Source: an uncultured Candidatus Saccharibacteria bacterium (lineage in GTDB: Bacteria > Patescibacteriota > Minisyncoccia > Phycocordibacterales > CAIRYW01). Taken from it: 64,000 bases of DNA. The notes under the pieces are model-generated. The model worked only from the letters and a program-made list of their open reading frames with translations, was not told where the DNA came from and ran no database searches. The stretch's first letter is position 1, and each line of letters opens with the position of its first letter. The stretch lies in the NCBI GenBank assembly GCA_964386665.1, contig CAYLQP010000003.1, positions 28,731 to 92,730 of the forward strand. Direction: 5' to 3'. A program made the translations under genes and the position numbers. Positions 59,835 through 64,000 of the stretch are shown here, piece after piece.

Positions 59835-59846
59835 CAGGTTCTTGGT

Positions 59847-60461
59847 TTAGTTTGTAAGAAGTACGATCTCAGCAACTTTACCTTCTACGTCTTTTTTCTT
59901 GAGAGTAAGCTTTTCAAGTTCTTCTGGCTTCTTTCCCCCCGCTTCTTTTACAAAAAGCTTTATTTCTTCTTCGTCTCCAAGAGGAATAATCATATGAGGC
60001 TCAAGAGATACCGCAAGCTTGTGAGCATCGTTACTTCTGAGCATATCTTTTGAAAGAGGTACAAAAAGAATATCAATATCCGTAAGTGATTCAGATGCTT
60101 CATCACTTAGTTTTGTATCACTAATTGCTCCGAGAATACAAATATGAAGTCCATCCATAGTGACTGAAAAAACCGTATTAACATATTCTCCATCATCATA
60201 TGTAGAACCCGACAGAAATCCTTTGATAAAAGTCCCTTTCACCTCAAACTCACCTGGAGTATTGATCACAAAAGGCACCTTTTCACCGAAGGTCATATCT
60301 GATGCCCCGTTGAAGTCTGGATGGTTAATAGAAACCAAAGCAACATCTGCACCAAACTTACTTGATTTGAGAGATGACTCTTTAGAAATGGGATTTACAG
60401 CAAAAACCGTATCCCCTGTTTGAAGCTTAATAGAATGATGTCCGTTTGATGTAATAATCAT
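59847..60461 (-). CDS. Metallo-beta-lactamase-fold protein (degenerate metal motif)
   Basis: PGEFEVKG, DIDILFVP, LEPHMIIP; HxHxDH reduced to SINHPDF. Confidence 0.75.
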   Translation of the reverse strand: MIITSNGHHSIKLQTGDTVFAVNPISKESSLKSSKFGADVALVSINHPDFNGASDMTFGEKVPFVINTPGEFEVKGTFIKGFLSGSTYDDGEYVNTVFSVTMDGLHICILGAISDTKLSDEASESLTDIDILFVPLSKDMLRSNDAHKLAVSLEPHMIIPLGDEEEIKLFVKEAGGKKPEELEKLTLKKKDVEGKVAEIVLLTN

Positions 60462-60558
60462 AGGAAACATTGTATCACAGACGAAATGATTTTCAATTTA
60501 AACCTAGTTTTGTAAACTCAGGATCTTGTGGTATAGTATCCCTGTTCATTTAATAGCC

Positions 60559-60650
60559 GTTTTGTTGTATTAACCTCGTCTTGTGAAGTTGCTTATGGGT
60601 TGGATTCTTCCGCCTGTATTATGAGAAATTCAGACGAACTACAACAAAAC
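60559..60650 (+). promoter_or_regulatory. Structured 5' leader of rpsA
   Basis: gttttgttgta/tacaacaaaac, tcgtct/agacga and tatgggttgga/tccgcctgta nested stems, downstream of TTGTAA-16-TATAGT. Confidence 0.6.
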
Positions 60651-60663
60651 CATTTATCAAAAA

Positions 60664-61797
60664 ATGACAAAAGCAAAAAGTGCTTCTGCATTAACCGCAG
60701 AAGAAGAAATTATTAGTGAAGAAATTGCAAAGCAAAATCCAGTAATGGATAAAGTGCTCGCTGATTCTGCAACCCCTCCTTCTATGGGAGATCTTGTAGA
60801 AGGACCTGTTGTTGCAATCGAACGAGGAGCGGTATATATCGACCTTCGACCGTTTGGAACTGGAATTATCTTTGGACGAGAATACATCGCTGTTCGAGAT
60901 ATCATCCGAAAGATAAATATTGGAGATACTGTTGCAGCAAAGATTGTTGATAACAAGAGTAAAGAAGGTTACATCGAACTTTCACTCAAAGAAGCAAAAC
61001 AAGCACTTGTATGGAGTGAAGCTGAAAAAGCAATCAAAGAAAAGAAAGTCTTTGAAATCGCTCCAACAGAAGCAAACAAAGGAGGACTCATTATGAACTG
61101 GCAAGGAATTCAAGGATTTCTTCCTGCAAGTCAACTTAAGAGTGAACACTACCCACGAGTAATGGACGGTGACAAAGACCGAATTCTTGATGAACTTCGA
61201 AAACTTCTGAGTGAAAAGCTCGCAGTATGTATCATCGGAGCAGATCCAAAAACAGGAAAACTCATCTTCTCTGAAAAGAACCAAGGAGAAAAAGAGCGAG
61301 AAAAAGTTGTTAACAAATACAATGTAGGAGATGTAATGAATGGTGAAGTAACTGGTATCGTTGACTTCGGAGTGTTTGTTAAGGTTGAAGAAGGACTTGA
61401 AGGACTTGTTCACATTTCAGAAATCGACTGGGGACTTGTTGAAGATCCACGAGCACTCTTCAAAGTTGGAGACAAAGTAAAAGTAAAAGTAATTGAAGTA
61501 AAAGATGGTAAAATCTCTCTTTCTATCAAAGCCCTCAAAGACAATCCTTGGGTTGAAGCTTCAAAGAAATACAAAAAAGATGATGTAGTACAAGGTGTTG
61601 TAATCAAATTCAATCGACACGGAGCGCTTGCTTCTATCGAAGAAGGAGTTGCAGGACTTGTTCATATTTCTGACTTTGGAAACGAAGATAAGCTTCGAGG
61701 AAGTCTAGAACTTGGAAAGAGTTACTCATTCAAGATCACTCTCTTTGATCCAAAAGATCAAAAAATGGCATTGTCATTTCAAGGAGACAAGAAGTAG
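60664..61797 (+). CDS. rpsA: 30S ribosomal protein S1 (four S1 domains)
   Basis: GFLPASQL, DFGVFV..EGLVHISEIDW, ISLSIK. Confidence 0.92.
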   Translation: MTKAKSASALTAEEEIISEEIAKQNPVMDKVLADSATPPSMGDLVEGPVVAIERGAVYIDLRPFGTGIIFGREYIAVRDIIRKINIGDTVAAKIVDNKSKEGYIELSLKEAKQALVWSEAEKAIKEKKVFEIAPTEANKGGLIMNWQGIQGFLPASQLKSEHYPRVMDGDKDRILDELRKLLSEKLAVCIIGADPKTGKLIFSEKNQGEKEREKVVNKYNVGDVMNGEVTGIVDFGVFVKVEEGLEGLVHISEIDWGLVEDPRALFKVGDKVKVKVIEVKDGKISLSIKALKDNPWVEASKKYKKDDVVQGVVIKFNRHGALASIEEGVAGLVHISDFGNEDKLRGSLELGKSYSFKITLFDPKDQKMALSFQGDKK

Positions 61798-61820
61798 AAA
61801 AGAGTTTTTAGATTGTAGTT

Positions 61821-61863
61821 AAAACAAAAAAGCCGCGCCCTCCGGGCGCGGCTTTTTTGTTTT
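61821..61863. terminator. Bidirectional terminator between rpsA and pth
   Basis: aaaacaaaaagccgcgccc-tcc-gggcgcggctttttgtttt. Confidence 0.85.
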
Positions 61864-61901
61864 ATTCTCTTACATTCAACAATCTACATTCCAGATTCAA
61901 T

Positions 61902-62486
61902 CTAATTAAATCTGTTCTCTGCCTTCACTCTCCCTAGACTTACAATCACTTCCATTACTTCAAAAATCTTTTTGGTTACTTTTTTTATTTCCTCTTCTTC
62001 ACTCTTCTTAAATCCACTTATAATAAAATCTGGATTTTCTTTCATATCTGGCTTCTTGAGCTTGCCTGTAGGTGTCACAGGACATACCCCAATCCGAATC
62101 CGAATAAATCCTTCTGATTTCAAAGCTTTTTTAATTGATTCAACCCCTTTGTGTCCCCCACTCCCACGATTACAAACAATCTTGATTGCTCCAACAGGTA
62201 AATCAATATCATCATGAAGTACAACGAGCTCATCAAGTTTTTTTGGATTAACCTTAAGTGCTGAAACTGTCTTTCCTGAAAGATTCATAAATGTTTGCGG
62301 GAACAAACATTGAATCTGTTTTCCTCCAATTTCTAATTTTGTTTTAAGTGCCTGTAACACCTTATCACTTTTCCATTGTGCATTTTGTTTTTTTGCACAC
62401 GCCAGCAACACATCTGCACCAATGTTATGTCTTGTACCAATATATTCTTCTCCAGGATTTCCAAGTCCGACAAATATGTAACTCAT
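61902..62486 (-). CDS. pth: Peptidyl-tRNA hydrolase
   Basis: GLGNPG..Y..TRHNIG, TFMNLSG, HDDIDL, GGHKG. Confidence 0.97.
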   Translation of the reverse strand: MSYIFVGLGNPGEEYIGTRHNIGADVLLACAKKQNAQWKSDKVLQALKTKLEIGGKQIQCLFPQTFMNLSGKTVSALKVNPKKLDELVVLHDDIDLPVGAIKIVCNRGSGGHKGVESIKKALKSEGFIRIRIGVCPVTPTGKLKKPDMKENPDFIISGFKKSEEEEIKKVTKKIFEVMEVIVSLGRVKAENRFN

Positions 62487-62549
62487 ATAATTAAAAAATT
62501 TTTATTAGCTTGCGTCAATAAGCATCACTATAATATCATACGGTAACAA

Positions 62550-63119
62550 ATGGAACAAAAAGAAACTGTAACAAAACAAAAAAGTTTTTTTAGAGAACTA
62601 ATAGAAATAATATTTTTTGTTGCAGTAATCGTCATTCCAATCCAAACTTTTGTCGGACGAACATTTATTGTTATCGGCAACTCAATGTTTCCAACATTTG
62701 AAAACAAAGATTATCTCATAGTTGATAAACTAACGTACCACTTCAAAGCCCCTTCTCGTGGAGATGTTATTGTATTCCACCCTCCTATCAATGAAAAAAC
62801 ATACTACATCAAACGCGTTATCGGACTTCCCGGTGAAACGGTCATTGTCAAAAAAAATGAAGTCACCATTATCAACGAAGCATTTCCAGAAGGTGTCACG
62901 CTTGAACAACCATACGCATCTTCTCTAGGCGAATCAGAATCAAATCTCACATTAAAGGCAGATGAATACTTCGTAATGGGAGATAACCGTGCAGTGAGTT
63001 CGGATTCACGAGTATGGGGTATTCTTCCAAAAGAAAATATTTCTGGACGCGCATTTATGAGACTCTATCCATTTACAAAGATAGACATATGGCCAGGAGC
63101 ATTAGAACAATCAATATAA
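62550..63119 (+). CDS. lepB: Signal peptidase I
   Basis: GNSMFPT, IKRVIGLPGE, GDNRAVSSDSR. Confidence 0.96.
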   Translation: MEQKETVTKQKSFFRELIEIIFFVAVIVIPIQTFVGRTFIVIGNSMFPTFENKDYLIVDKLTYHFKAPSRGDVIVFHPPINEKTYYIKRVIGLPGETVIVKKNEVTIINEAFPEGVTLEQPYASSLGESESNLTLKADEYFVMGDNRAVSSDSRVWGILPKENISGRAFMRLYPFTKIDIWPGALEQSI

Positions 63120-63121
63120 CT

Positions 63122-64000
63122 ATGCCAAACAAACCAAAAGAAAAAGGAAAGAAAATTTCCCCAGAAATAGAAAAGGCGGTCACAATTGCATCTCATTATG
63201 GATTCTCTCCTCTCCCTGAAACACTAATTGAAAAGGAAGACATCAATCACGCAAAAAAATTTCACGAATCTCATCTCAAAATCCTTCATCCATTCAAAGA
63301 AAAGACACACCGATTTTCTGGGTATCTTGAAGAAAAGATTTCCCTCCTTCGTCATTTTCTGACAAAAAAATATATCGATATGCCTCAACCACTCACCGCA
63401 TGCTACACAGGACCTCTTAAAGGCAATCCCCATATTAAGGAACATACCGATGAAGAAAGTTTCAATCTTGAAATTATCGGATCAAACAAAAGTATCAGTG
63501 ATGCAACAATTATCGAAACGACACTCGTCATCCTCAAAGACCGTTATCCAGGTGAAACATTCAACGTTGAAATCAACACTATTGGAGACAAAGATGCGAG
63601 TATAAAATTTGCAAAAGAACTTTCAACTTTTGTAAAAAAAGAGTCAAGTAAACTCAACAAGACCTGCAAAGAACTCATAAAAAAAGATATCTATAACCTC
63701 TTTTCTTGTAACCATGCCACCTGTATTGAAATACAACAGAAGGCACCCAAATCTCTCACGTATCTTTCAGAATCAAGTCGATCACATTTCAAAGAGGTTC
63801 TTGAATATCTTGAATCACTCGATATTGCCTACTCTATCAACCACTCACTCATCGGAAGTCGCAGCTACTGTACAGATACTATTTTTGAAATTTATAGTAC
63901 AAAGAAAAACGGTACAACTTCTATAGTAGCTATAGGTGAACGTTACAACCATCTCGCAAAAAAGATTTGGGGTAAACGAGAAATTCCTGCTATTGGAGTA
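63122..64000 (+). CDS. Degenerate histidyl-tRNA synthetase paralog, runs off window
   Basis: Manual translation: ASHYGF, MPQP, FNLEIIG, EINTIGD, HFKEVLEYLE, LIGSRSYCTDTIFE, GERYNHL, IPAIG follow the HisRS layout. Confidence 0.8.
   Translation, partial: MPNKPKEKGKKISPEIEKAVTIASHYGFSPLPETLIEKEDINHAKKFHESHLKILHPFKEKTHRFSGYLEEKISLLRHFLTKKYIDMPQPLTACYTGPLKGNPHIKEHTDEESFNLEIIGSNKSISDATIIETTLVILKDRYPGETFNVEINTIGDKDASIKFAKELSTFVKKESSKLNKTCKELIKKDIYNLFSCNHATCIEIQQKAPKSLTYLSESSRSHFKEVLEYLESLDIAYSINHSLIGSRSYCTDTIFEIYSTKKNGTTSIVAIGERYNHLAKKIWGKREIPAIGV

Overview
AT-rich bacterial chromosome segment (genetic code 11). The gene content fits a Patescibacteria/CPR (Parcubacteria-like) genome: short AlaRS, a tandem VirB2-like pilin array, a membrane-anchored Clp-like ATPase, an FtsA-like/baseplate-J-like gene pair and many apparently leaderless genes. 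Most of the window is housekeeping: tyrS, grpE-dnaK-dnaJ, the alpha operon joined to rplM-rpsI, alaS, dusB, serS, dprA-topA, parB, tRNA-Leu(CAA), miaA, mraZ-rsmH-ftsL-ftsI-murF, gyrA, rpsA, pth and lepB. Small accessory cassettes with their own promoters and terminators are scattered between these genes. The most interesting signals: (1) a four-helix-bundle (IVS/Avd-like) gene enclosed by complementary 7-nt-period repeat arms inside the dnaK-dnaJ transcript, plus several 'empty' heptamer hairpins elsewhere; (2) two copies of a GC-rich structured element sharing a core motif, one ending in a duplicate of the tRNA-Leu 3' end; (3) a leaderless ORF ending in RAPT just upstream of dnaK, a possible arrest peptide; (4) a guanylate-kinase-like + PreA-like + Cys-rich operon; (5) an unknown gene coupled to a membrane histidine kinase; (6) a catalytically degenerate HisRS paralog. 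All product calls come from motif recognition by eye; no database searches were run.
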